From Candidatus Saccharimonadota bacterium (lineage in GTDB: Bacteria; Patescibacteriota; Gracilibacteria; UBA1369; 2-02-FULL-48-14), in assembly GCA_016699145.1 (NCBI GenBank), contig CP064962.1, forward strand, positions 540,001-572,000: a stretch of DNA of 32,000 nt. Direction: 5' to 3'. The notes under the pieces are model-generated. The model did no database searches. It was not told the origin of the DNA and saw nothing but the letters and a program-made list of their open reading frames with translations. The first letter of the stretch is position 1; the number at the start of each line of letters is the position of its first letter. The position numbers were made by a program, and so were the translations under genes. This document shows positions 1-8,972 of this stretch, piece by piece.

Positions 1-2
1 GA

Positions 3-3000
3 GGAAATCCAAGTTTACAAACAGGCAGCCTTGTGAAATACAACGGCGCGGCTGGCCCTTACACTCTTAAGGATTTCACCTACAAATCCTTAGAAATTGC
101 GGGCGGAGCCAGTTCCATCTTTGCCTTGCCAGCCACCCTAAGCATCGGTGAAAACTTAAGCATCACTTCAGGAATTTTGCGCTTGGCAGGCAATGCACTC
201 ACCGTGACGGGAACTTTTTCCAACACAGGCACCTTGCAATTGCAAGGGGGCGAAAGCGTAACTTTGACCAACGACAGCAATTCCGGAACAGTGGAATATG
301 TGGGTGATGGAGACAGTGGAGCCGATGACTACACTTTAAAAAATTGGACTTATTACCATCTCAGCATCGCCACCACCGATGCCAACGATTCCATCACGGC
401 TTCCACTTCCCCTGTCGACATCAATGGAAATCTTTCAATTTCGAATGGAACCTTCGTGGCCCCCACGGTCTTGAATCTCAGCGGAAATTTTGCACGCAGC
501 GGAGGCACATTCAACCCCAATAGTGGAACCGTGGTTTTGAATGGCGGCAACCAAAGCATCAGCGGAACCCTCACTTTCAACAACCTCAGCAAAATCACCA
601 GCTCAAGCGTCACTCTCACCTTACCCGCCAGTACCACTCTCACCATTACCGGCACCTTGACGCTCAAAGGAGTTTCCGGCCAGCTCCTCGCCCTTCGCAG
701 CAGTTCCAATGACATGCAAGCCGTAATCGACGCACAAGGTTCACGCATCGTGGAATACCTCGACATAAAAGACAACAGCAACATCAATGCCACCGCGATT
801 TCTTGTGGAAATTGTGTCAACAGTCTCAACAACAACGGCTGGAATTTCAACATCGCCAACATCAGCGTCAGTGCCATTTCAGGGAACACCACCGAAGCAG
901 GCGGCACAGCCACTTTCACCGTAGTGCTCGACACCGAACCCAGCGCCGACGTTAGTTTCAATATCAGCAGCAGCGATACTAGCGAAGGCACCGTGTCCCC
1001 CTCCTCTCTCACTTTCACATCCGAAAATTGGGATACGCCTCAAACCGTCACCGTAACGGGAGTGAACGATGCTTTTGTGGACGGAGACATCAGCTTCAAC
1101 ATTGTGAATGGCAGCATCACTTCAGCAGATGGCGAGTACAACGGCTTGAATCCCAGCGACGTGAGTGTAACGAACACAGACAACGACATCATAGGCCTCA
1201 CCATCGTTGAATCCGGCGGTAACAGCGCTGTGACCGAAGGGGGAGCCACCGATTCTTACACCGTGGTTTTAAACACCGAACCCACCGACGACGTGACCGT
1301 GAGTTTCACCGTAGGTTCCCAAATTTCTTTGAGCAGTCCGAGCTTCATTTTCACCCCAGAAAATTGGGACGATCCGCAAACCCTCACTATCACCGCCGTC
1401 AATGACGCCATTGCCGAAGGAGCTCACTCCACCAACATTTCTCAAACAGTGTCCAGCAGCGACCCTCAATACGATGGCCTGGGTCTGAGCAGTATCAGCG
1501 TGGCCATCACCGATAACGACACCGCGGGCCTCACTGTCAGCGCCATTTCGGGCAACGTTTCTGAAGCCGGAACCACCGCCACTTTCACCGTAGTGCTCAC
1601 CTCTCAACCCATCGCAAACGTCAGCTTCAGCGTGATGAGCAGCGACACCACCGAAGGCACCGTATCCCCCAGCTCTCTAACCTTCACTTCCGAAAATTGG
1701 AGCACCCCCCAAACGGTCACCGTAACAGGGGCCAATGATTTTGTGGTGGATGGAAGCATTGCCTTCAGCATCGTGAATGGAAGCACCACTTCCGACGACT
1801 TGAATTACAGTGGCATAAATGTCAACGACGTGAGCCTCAACTGCAGCGACAACGACGTAGCCGGCTTCAGCGTCAGCGCCATTTCGGGCAACGTTTCTGA
1901 AAGCGGTAACACCGCGACCTACACTGTGGTCTTGATTTCAGAACCCACTGACGACGTGAGCTTCGACGTAGAAAGCAGCGACCTCAGCGAAGGCACTGTC
2001 TCCCCCAACTCCCTCACTTTCGATGCCAGCGATTGGAACATTCCACAAACCGTGACCGTGACCGGAGTGAACGATGACAACGACGATGGCACCGTCGCCT
2101 TCACCATTCTCAACGGAACCGTCAGCTCTGACGACTCCAATTACAACGGCCTCAGCCCCAGTGACGTGAGCGTGAACTGCACCGACGACGACAGCACTTC
2201 CATCACTTTAACGCAATCGGGTGGAAACACCGCCGTTTCCGAAGCAGGCACCAGCGACTCCTATTCTTTCGTACTCACCAGTCAACCCTCTGCCAACGTA
2301 ATCATCACCTTCACAGGCAATTCCCAATTGGAATTGAGTGAAAACAGCCTTACTTTCACACCTGAAAATTGGGATGCACCCCAAATTTTAACGGTCCAGG
2401 CAGCCAATGATTTTGTGGCCGAGGGCCCACATTCTGTAGAAATTTTCCATTCTGTAAACAGTGACGATTCCACTTACAATGGCTTTGAATTGAGCAGCGT
2501 CAACGCGGCCATCACCGACAACGACGTGGCCGGCTTCAGCGTCAGCGCCATTTCAGGTGAAGTGACCGAAACCGGAACCACCGCCACTTATACAGTGATG
2601 TTGACTTCTCAACCCACCGCTGAGCTCAGCTTCAACATCGTGAGCAGCGACCCTTCCCTGGGCACTGTCTCCCCCTCTTCACTCAGCTTCAATTCAAGCA
2701 ACTGGAGCTCCCCACAAACTGTCACGGTAACGGGAGTGAACGACTTCACCGTGGAAGGAACTTCCACTTTCACGCTCGTGAATGACGTGGCCAACTCCAT
2801 GGACAGCGCGTACAACAACTTGAATCCTGCCGATGTCTCTGCCTCAAGAACCGACAACGACCTTGCAGGCATTACTTTGGTGGAATCTGCGGATGAAAGC
2901 AGCGTCACTGAAGGCGGAGCCACGGACTCCTACACCCTAGTACTCGATGCCAAACCCAGCAGCGAAGTGAGCATCACTCTCACGGGGGATCCACAAATCA

Positions 3001-3338
3001 GCCTGAGCAGCGAAATGCTGATCTTCACTCCAGACAATTGGAACCTGGCTCAAACCATCACCATCACGGCCGTAAACGATTCTATTTTAGAAGAAGACGA
3101 CATGGTGGGCATCGGGCACACGGTGAGCAGCAGCGATCTCAACTTTGACTCCCTCGCCGTGGACTCCATTTTTGTCACCGTAAACGACAATGATGTCGAG
3201 GATCCAGAAGAGGAAGAACCCACCCCGAAGATGAGGAAGAAGACGAAAACAGTGGAGGAGGCAGCGGAAGTGGCGGAGGCGGCCACAGTTCCTCAGGGGG
3301 TAGCTCTCACGAAGAAGAGGATGACGAGGATTCCGTGA
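3..3338 (+). CDS. Giant cell-surface repeat protein, 5'-partial. Beta-helix-like Gly/Thr/Asn-rich N-region followed by seven ~110-aa Calx-beta-like Ig-fold repeats.
   Basis: The frame of ORF 33..3338 has no stop back to nt 3, so the GTG at 33 is probably internal and the gene continues upstream of the window. The N-part has degenerate strands such as 'SGTVVLNGGNQSISGTLTFNNL'. From about aa 276 there are seven repeats with the signature 'VSAISGN..E.G.TATFTVVL...P...VSF..SSD..EGTVSP.SLTFT.ENW..PQTVTVTG.ND'. The last ~37 codons (from 3228) are a Lys/Arg-rich tail unlike the rest; see the frameshift finding. Confidence 0.85.
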   Translation, partial: GNPSLQTGSLVKYNGAAGPYTLKDFTYKSLEIAGGASSIFALPATLSIGENLSITSGILRLAGNALTVTGTFSNTGTLQLQGGESVTLTNDSNSGTVEYVGDGDSGADDYTLKNWTYYHLSIATTDANDSITASTSPVDINGNLSISNGTFVAPTVLNLSGNFARSGGTFNPNSGTVVLNGGNQSISGTLTFNNLSKITSSSVTLTLPASTTLTITGTLTLKGVSGQLLALRSSSNDMQAVIDAQGSRIVEYLDIKDNSNINATAISCGNCVNSLNNNGWNFNIANISVSAISGNTTEAGGTATFTVVLDTEPSADVSFNISSSDTSEGTVSPSSLTFTSENWDTPQTVTVTGVNDAFVDGDISFNIVNGSITSADGEYNGLNPSDVSVTNTDNDIIGLTIVESGGNSAVTEGGATDSYTVVLNTEPTDDVTVSFTVGSQISLSSPSFIFTPENWDDPQTLTITAVNDAIAEGAHSTNISQTVSSSDPQYDGLGLSSISVAITDNDTAGLTVSAISGNVSEAGTTATFTVVLTSQPIANVSFSVMSSDTTEGTVSPSSLTFTSENWSTPQTVTVTGANDFVVDGSIAFSIVNGSTTSDDLNYSGINVNDVSLNCSDNDVAGFSVSAISGNVSESGNTATYTVVLISEPTDDVSFDVESSDLSEGTVSPNSLTFDASDWNIPQTVTVTGVNDDNDDGTVAFTILNGTVSSDDSNYNGLSPSDVSVNCTDDDSTSITLTQSGGNTAVSEAGTSDSYSFVLTSQPSANVIITFTGNSQLELSENSLTFTPENWDAPQILTVQAANDFVAEGPHSVEIFHSVNSDDSTYNGFELSSVNAAITDNDVAGFSVSAISGEVTETGTTATYTVMLTSQPTAELSFNIVSSDPSLGTVSPSSLSFNSSNWSSPQTVTVTGVNDFTVEGTSTFTLVNDVANSMDSAYNNLNPADVSASRTDNDLAGITLVESADESSVTEGGATDSYTLVLDAKPSSEVSITLTGDPQISLSSEMLIFTPDNWNLAQTITITAVNDSILEEDDMVGIGHTVSSSDLNFDSLAVDSIFVTVNDNDVEDPEEEEPTPKMRKKTKTVEEAAEVAEAATVPQGVALTKKRMTRIP
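858..3200 (+). repeat. Seven tandem coding repeats of ~330 bp, in two alternating subtypes ordered A-B-A-A-B-A-B
   Basis: Subtype A begins 'VSAISGN' and subtype B begins 'LT(I/L)VESGGN / ITLTQSGGN'. Some blocks are identical at the nucleotide level, e.g. cagcgccatttcgggcaacgtttctgaa near 1537 and 1872. Boundaries are approximate. Confidence 0.8.
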
Positions 3339-3967
3339 GTTCTCTTGAAGAAAATTTTGAAGAGACCTTGCCCAATCACTGGTCAGACAGTTATTTGAAA
3401 AACACTTTGGAAGAAAGCTTCATTATTGAAGTGGCCATTGCTCAAGAATCCTTCCTCGACCTACTTTCCGAATTCTTCATCCTCCCCGACTTGACCATCA
3501 GCCGCAGCGATGTTTTGACCTTCTTACTCGTACAAAGTGGCGTGGACATCACCTTGCTCAGCACCCATGTGGAACGCCCCGACTTTTCAGACGTGACGAG
3601 CAAAGACGAAGGTTTTGGCATCATCAATTTTGCAGCGGAAGCCGGATTGATTGACGGCTACGGCGATGGAACCTTCAAACCCTCCCGCATCACCAACCGA
3701 GTAGAAGCGCTCAAACTTGTGTCCACGTTCTATCAAGAAGTGCCCAAAGAACTGCGTGGAGATGAGTTATTGGCCCGTTACAATTTGGAAGAAAATCCCT
3801 TCAGTGACGTCGATTTGGATGAATGGTACGCTCCTTACGTCATCGCCGCCTACAGCAACGGAATCATTCAGGGTTACCCCGATGGAACTTACAAACCTTC
3901 GCAAAGCATCACTCACGCCGAATTCTTAAAAATAGCCATTTTAGGAAAAAGGACTTTGTGGGAGTAG
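3335..3967 (+). CDS. SLH (S-layer homology) cell-wall anchoring module with two SLH repeats. Probably the C-terminus of the upstream giant protein.
   Basis: Two SLH motifs are present: 'FSDVTSKDEGFGIINFAAEAGLIDGYGDGTFKPSRITNRVEALKLV' and 'FSDVDLDEWYAPYVIAAYSNGIIQGYPDGTYKPSQSITHAEFLKIA'. The listed GTG start overlaps the upstream TGA (GTGA). This frame is open back to 3194 and there encodes an acidic/Gly-Ser linker. Confidence 0.75.
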   Translation: MSSLEENFEETLPNHWSDSYLKNTLEESFIIEVAIAQESFLDLLSEFFILPDLTISRSDVLTFLLVQSGVDITLLSTHVERPDFSDVTSKDEGFGIINFAAEAGLIDGYGDGTFKPSRITNRVEALKLVSTFYQEVPKELRGDELLARYNLEENPFSDVDLDEWYAPYVIAAYSNGIIQGYPDGTYKPSQSITHAEFLKIAILGKRTLWE

Positions 3968-3974
3968 AAATCGC

Positions 3975-4003
3975 TTGACGAGGGCGTTTTAGCACTTTAA
4001 TAT
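3975..4003 (+). promoter_or_regulatory. Sigma-70-type promoter of dnaK (TTGACG, 17-nt spacer, TAATAT)
   Basis: The -35 ttgacg is at 3975-3980 and the -10 taatat at 3998-4003, with a 17-nt spacer. It lies 28 nt upstream of the dnaK ATG and overlaps the CIRCE operator. Confidence 0.55.
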
Positions 4004-4015
4004 TGTGAGTGCTAA
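3989..4015 (+). promoter_or_regulatory. CIRCE operator (HrcA-binding inverted repeat)
   Basis: The sequence is ttagcactt-N9-gagtgctaa, against the consensus TTAGCACTC-N9-GAGTGCTAA (17 of 18 arm positions). It overlaps the -10 element immediately upstream of dnaK. Confidence 0.85.
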
Positions 4016-4030
4016 TTTAACGAAAAACCT

Positions 4031-6012
4031 ATGTCTCGTATCATCGGAATCGATCTCGGAACCACCAACACCTGTTTTGCCGTCATGCAAGGAGGAGACG
4101 CCACCGTCATTCCCAACGTTGAAGGCAAAAACACCACCCCTTCCATCGTGGCCACTAAAGACGGCGAGCGCCTCGTGGGCGAACCCGCCAAGCGTCAAAT
4201 GGTGATGAACGAAAAAAACACCGTCTTTTCAGCCAAGCGCCTCATCGGGCGTCAATTCAATGAAGTGAAAGAGCTCGTTGCACGCTTCCCTTTCGAAACC
4301 AAAAAGTCCAGCAACGGCGAAGTGGACATTGTGCTTGAAGGCAAGGCCAAGAAGCCCGCCGAAATCAGCGCGATGGTTTTGCAAAAAGTAAAAGCGGACG
4401 CTGAAAAATACCTCGGTGAACCTGTAACTCGCGCGGTGATCACCGTGCCCGCTTACTTCAACGACGCACAGCGCCAAGCTACGAAAGACGCCGGAGAAAT
4501 CGCCGGCCTCACCGTGGAACGCATCATCAATGAGCCCACCGCCGCAGCCCTGGCCTACGGTCTAGACAAGCACACTGGAGACAAAAAAATCGCAGTCTTC
4601 GACCTGGGAGGAGGAACTTTTGACGTGTCCATTTTGGAACTCGGCGACGGCGTCTTCCAAGTGCTGTCCACCAACGGAGACACCTTACTGGGAGGAGATG
4701 ACTTCGACAATGTGCTCATCGAATGGCTCGCGGATGAATTCAAAAAACAAGAAGGCATCAACCTTCGCGAAGACAAAGTGGCACTGCAACGCCTCAAAGA
4801 AGCCGCCGAAAAAGCAAAGATCGAGCTCTCTAGCCAACATGAAACCGAGATCAATTTGCCTTTCATCACCGCCGACAAAAACGGTCCCAAGCACATGGTG
4901 CTCAAGCTCTCTCGCAGCAAGATGGAAGACCTGGTGGCTCCGCTCCTCGAGCGGCTCATGAAGCCTTGTAAGCAAGCCATCGACGACTCCGAAGTTTACG
5001 TGAGCGACATCGACGAAGTGGTACTCGTGGGAGGAATGACTCGCATGCCCGCCGTGCAAGCCAAGGCCAAAGAAATCTTCGGCAAAGAACCTCACCGTGG
5101 CATCAACCCCGATGAAGTCGTAGCCCTCGGCGCTGCGATTCAAGGAGGAGTTTTGCAAGGTGACGTGAAAGACGTTTTGCTGCTCGACGTGACTCCTCTG
5201 ACCTTGGGAATTGAAACCCTCGGCGGAGTGATGACCCCCATGATCGAACGCAACTCGACCATTCCCACTTCAAAATCCCAAGTGTATTCCACCGCAGCAG
5301 ACAACCAACCTTCCGTGGACATCCGCATTTTCCAAGGTGAACGCCCCTCGCTCAAGACAACAAATTCCTCGGAAACTTCCAACTCGACGGCATCCCTCCG
5401 GCCCCGCGCGGCGTGCCTCAAATTGAAGTGACTTTCGACATCGACGCGAACGGAATCATGAATGTGAAGGCCACTGACAAAGCCAGCGGAAAAGTGCAAC
5501 ACATCACTATCACCGGCCACTCCGGACTCTCCAAAGAAGAGATTGAAAAAATGAAGAAAGAGGCCGAACTCCATGCCGACGAAGACAAGAAAAAGAAGGA
5601 TGCCGTAGAAGCACGCGTGAACGCCGAATCCCTCGTCTCACAAACCGAGCGCACCCTCAAAGACCTCGGAGAAAAAGTACCTGCAGATGTGAAGGGGGCC
5701 GTAGAAAGCAAGGTCGCCGACCTTAAAAAAGTCCTCGAAAACAAGGACGCGACGCCCGACGAACTCAAGACAGCCAGCGAAGCCCTCTCCAGCGAAATCC
5801 AAAAAATCGGCTCCGCAATGTATCAACAGCCCGGCGCCGGCGCCCCTGGTGCAGAAGGCATGGGTGGGATGGGCGGCGCAGCCGGCAGCGACGACCCCGA
5901 TGTGAAGGTCTACCCCAAGGATTCAAAGCCTGAAGACGCTGCATCCGACACAAAACCCGACGATGAAAATGGCGAAAATAAGGGGCCGACTATTGATGGA
6001 GAGGCGAAGTAG
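4031..6012 (+). CDS. dnaK: Hsp70 chaperone DnaK, split in this sequence by a 1-nt frame break (ORF pieces 4031..5431 and 5413..6012)
   Basis: Hsp70 signatures '[15 protein letters not shown]', '[10 protein letters not shown]' and '[10 protein letters not shown]' occur in the first piece. The second frame reads '..[41 protein letters not shown]' from 5344 onward. The frames meet at the C-run 5344-5347. The restored length is 660 aa. Confidence 0.95.
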
Positions 6013-6135
6013 CATAACTCAAACTACAATGACCCATTGAAACAGTCCCCAATCAAAGTATAATAATCACATGCAAATCATTCCAAAGATATCTTCAGTT
6101 ATGAAAACCACACCACTCCCCGTGGAATTCAAAGG

Positions 6136-6624
6136 TCAATAATCAACGCCAAAAACAGCATAAATGATACTCATATCTGAGGAAATCTCCTCCTCTTCAG
6201 TCAGCTCCATGCCTGCTCGTATTTTTGCAGCCACTAAAAGATCCCGGTACAGCAGGTCATTGGTATAGACGAAATAATTCCAGCGTTTATCATTTTCAAA
6301 ATCATAGGGAGCTAAAATGTTTAAAAGTTGCTCCCGATCTTGAATCCTTTCAAAGGCAAGAGCCATTCCTTCTGCTGCGATAGTTCCATCCTCACTGCTG
6401 AGCATCTGATTCATTAAAAGATCTTTATCGTCAATATCTGCTTTCAATCCTTCAATCATCGCAAGGACATCTTCACCCCACCCCATATCACCCTCAGCAG
6501 TGACAGAAGCCACCTCAGCAAAAGTGTAGGCGATGCGTAACCTTTCCAAGAGATTGAAATGCATGCTCACAAACATAGCGATCAAGAGCACAGGGATGAA
6601 CAATAAAAGATACTTTTTAGACAT
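6136..6624 (-). CDS. Hypothetical membrane-anchored or secreted protein
   Basis: It is an ORF convergent with dnaK. The ATG at 6624 gives 'MSKKYLLLFIPVLLIAMFVSM', an N-terminal hydrophobic anchor; the ORF-track start at 6648 adds 8 aa. I recognise no family motif. Confidence 0.6.
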   Translation of the reverse strand: MSKKYLLLFIPVLLIAMFVSMHFNLLERLRIAYTFAEVASVTAEGDMGWGEDVLAMIEGLKADIDDKDLLMNQMLSSEDGTIAAEGMALAFERIQDREQLLNILAPYDFENDKRWNYFVYTNDLLYRDLLVAAKIRAGMELTEEEEISSDMSIIYAVFGVDY

Positions 6625-6791
6625 AAATATAAATGGCGAGGAGTGCACCCAACCTTAAATCATTTTCATGTTTTGTACAAGATGGACTGATGGCCTCTAG
6701 CGCCTCCATCAAAAAAAATATAAACTAAAACCATGACCAAAGCCCTCATTGAACTCCAGAAAAAAATCAAAAAATATCTCAAATCCATCCA

Positions 6792-7187
6792 ATGAACACC
6801 TCCCTATCCTTCGTCCACTTCTGCGACCATGCCTCCATGAGCACGGATGGAAAGTTGAATTTGGTCGGGATCTTCGAAGGCCTATTCGCTCAAGAAATGC
6901 CCACACGACATCCACAGATGTTTGCACTCATCCGCTTGAACTTTCCAAAGGGAAACCATACCATCACAGTAACTTTGATGCAGCAAGACAAAGTGCTCGC
7001 CAAAACAACTTTTGAAAAAGATGTGGCCAAGGGAACTCCACAAAACCTGCTCTGGGGCATTTACGCCTTAGACATCGAAAGCTGGGATCCCATCGAGCTC
7101 AAAGCTTACGAAAATGGCACGGAACTCGGTGGAGCCACTTTGCCCATTTACCGCCTCCCTAAACCCTTTAAAAAACCTTCCAAATGA
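6792..7187 (+). CDS. Small protein of an unrecognised family, paralog 1 of a tandem pair (131 aa)
   Basis: It shares 'F.CD.AS.S.DGK.N..GIFE...A...P..HPQMF...RL..PKG.H..T.TLMQQDKVLAK..FEK' with the next gene. Its stop overlaps the next start (ATGA at 7184-7187). Confidence 0.7.
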   Translation: MNTSLSFVHFCDHASMSTDGKLNLVGIFEGLFAQEMPTRHPQMFALIRLNFPKGNHTITVTLMQQDKVLAKTTFEKDVAKGTPQNLLWGIYALDIESWDPIELKAYENGTELGGATLPIYRLPKPFKKPSK

Positions 7188-7591
7188 AAATCCAACCCGT
7201 TGAATACGCACTCTTCTGTGATTACGCCTCCGTTTCCATGGATGGCAAAATCAACATGAACGGCATCTTCGAACGCATCCTTGCCGAAAAAACCCCCGTC
7301 ACTCATCCGCAAATGTTCGTGGTGTCTCGCCTCATCTTACCCAAAGGGAAACACAGCGTGACCTTTACGCTCATGCAGCAAGACAAAGTGCTCGCCAAAT
7401 CCAATTTCGAAAAAGAAATCCCCAATGAACTCGGCGTCCACAATCATTTTTGGAGCATTCAAGGCCTGAAAATAGAAGCGTGGGACCCGCTTGAACTTCA
7501 AATTCTGATTGAAGGCAAACAAGTTTTTGTGAAGCGTTTACCCATCATTAAAGTAGAGCGCAAGGGAAAAGATCCCAACAAAGCAGCATAG
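7184..7591 (+). CDS. Small protein of an unrecognised family, paralog 2 of a tandem pair (135 aa)
   Basis: It aligns along its length with the product of 6792..7187, with roughly half the residues identical by eye. It includes a 27-nt block identical at the DNA level (6978-7004 = 7373-7399). Confidence 0.7.
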   Translation: MKIQPVEYALFCDYASVSMDGKINMNGIFERILAEKTPVTHPQMFVVSRLILPKGKHSVTFTLMQQDKVLAKSNFEKEIPNELGVHNHFWSIQGLKIEAWDPLELQILIEGKQVFVKRLPIIKVERKGKDPNKAA

Positions 7592-7647
7592 CTTGCCTTG
7601 CCCCACTTTCACTTCTTCGCTATCCTGGCCGGGCCTAATCAAAGCTC

Positions 7648-8967
7648 ATGCTCGACCCCAAATTCATCGTTCAAAATCCAGCCGCTGTGAAGACTGCTGC
7701 CGAAAAAAAACACATCAGATTTGACGTGGAACATTTCATTCAAGTGGATGAGAATCGCCGCGCTGTGACCGCCGACCTCGAAGCCATTCGCGCCGAAAAA
7801 AACGCGGCAAACGACAAAATCAAAGCCCTCAGCGGCAATGAAAAACAAGCCGCCATCGAAGAAATGCGCAGCAAAGGCGATCTCGAAAAATCCCTCGGCG
7901 AAGAGCTCAATCGAATCGAAATGGAATGGAAAGGTCTGCTGCTACGTGCCCCAGCCCCTTGCTCGCCCGAAACGCCGGAAGGAAAAGACGACAGCGAAAA
8001 TGTCGAACTCTACAAGGTCGGTGACTTGCCTCAATTCAAAGACCAAGACGGCGTCGTGTTCGAGCCCAAAGACCACATCACACTGGGTGAAGAACTGGAC
8101 ATCATCGACGTAGAACGCGGCGTGAACATCGGTGGTTCTCGCAGCTACTTTCTCAAAAACGAAGGCGCACTTTTAGAACTCGCCATACTCCGCTTCACCC
8201 TCGACAAGCTCGTGTCCAAAGGCTTTGTGCCCTTCCTTCCTCCCCTCATGGTGAATCGTAATGCCATGGAGGGCACCGGTTATTTCCCCGGTGGCGAAGA
8301 ACAAGCCTACACTCTCGGTGTGAAACGTCCAGAAGACGAGCATATTGAAAGCGATGATAAATACCTCATTGGGACCAGCGAAGTTCCTGTGACTTCTTAC
8401 CACCGTGATGAAATCCTCAAAGAAGACGAATTGCCCAAACGTTACGCCGGTTATTCCTATTGCTTCCGCCGTGAAGCCGGCACGTATGGAAAAGACACCC
8501 GCGGCCTCTATCGCATTCATCAATTCCAAAAAGTAGAACAAGTTGTGCTCTGCAAAAACGACCCCGAGGAATCCAAAAAAATGCATGAAATGCTCCTGAA
8601 AAATGCCGAAGAAGTTTTACAAGATTTACACCTGCCTTATCGCGTCGTAGCCGTGTGCAGCGGAGACATGGGCCAGGGCCAATACTACAAAAACGACATC
8701 GAAACTTGGATGCCCAGCCGAGGCAACTACGGCGAAACGCACTCTTGCTCCACCTTCCACGAATTCCAAGCCCGCCGTCTCAACATCCGTTACAAAGACG
8801 CAGACGGCAAAATGCAATTCGTCCACACCCTCAACAACACCTGCGTGGCCTCCCCTCGCATCCTCATTCCCATCCTCGAAATCTACCAAAACGCCGACGG
8901 ATCAGTGACGATTCCGACGGTGCTAAGGCCTTATATGGGTGGACGCGATAAAATCACTAGGAAATAA
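7648..8967 (+). CDS. serS: Seryl-tRNA synthetase
   Basis: It has an N-terminal coiled-coil arm followed by a class-II core. Core motifs are 'YCFRREAGTYGKDTRGLYRIHQFQKVE' (motif 2), 'GETHSCSTFHEFQARR' and 'LNNTCVASPRILIPILE' (motif 3). Confidence 0.96.
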   Translation: MLDPKFIVQNPAAVKTAAEKKHIRFDVEHFIQVDENRRAVTADLEAIRAEKNAANDKIKALSGNEKQAAIEEMRSKGDLEKSLGEELNRIEMEWKGLLLRAPAPCSPETPEGKDDSENVELYKVGDLPQFKDQDGVVFEPKDHITLGEELDIIDVERGVNIGGSRSYFLKNEGALLELAILRFTLDKLVSKGFVPFLPPLMVNRNAMEGTGYFPGGEEQAYTLGVKRPEDEHIESDDKYLIGTSEVPVTSYHRDEILKEDELPKRYAGYSYCFRREAGTYGKDTRGLYRIHQFQKVEQVVLCKNDPEESKKMHEMLLKNAEEVLQDLHLPYRVVAVCSGDMGQGQYYKNDIETWMPSRGNYGETHSCSTFHEFQARRLNIRYKDADGKMQFVHTLNNTCVASPRILIPILEIYQNADGSVTIPTVLRPYMGGRDKITRK

Positions 8968-8972
8968 GCTGA

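Noticed and set aside
3989-4205. ORFs 3989..4198 (-) and 4005..4205 (+) at the dnaK start
   Set aside because: They overlap the CIRCE operator and the conserved DnaK N-terminus in other frames. They are spurious.
5338-5350. Programmed ribosomal frameshifting as the explanation for the dnaK, rpoC and surface-protein breaks
   Set aside because: No X-XXY-YYZ slippery heptamer or obvious downstream stimulatory structure occurs at any of the three sites. Only the IS transposase A7G site fits a known programmed-shift pattern.
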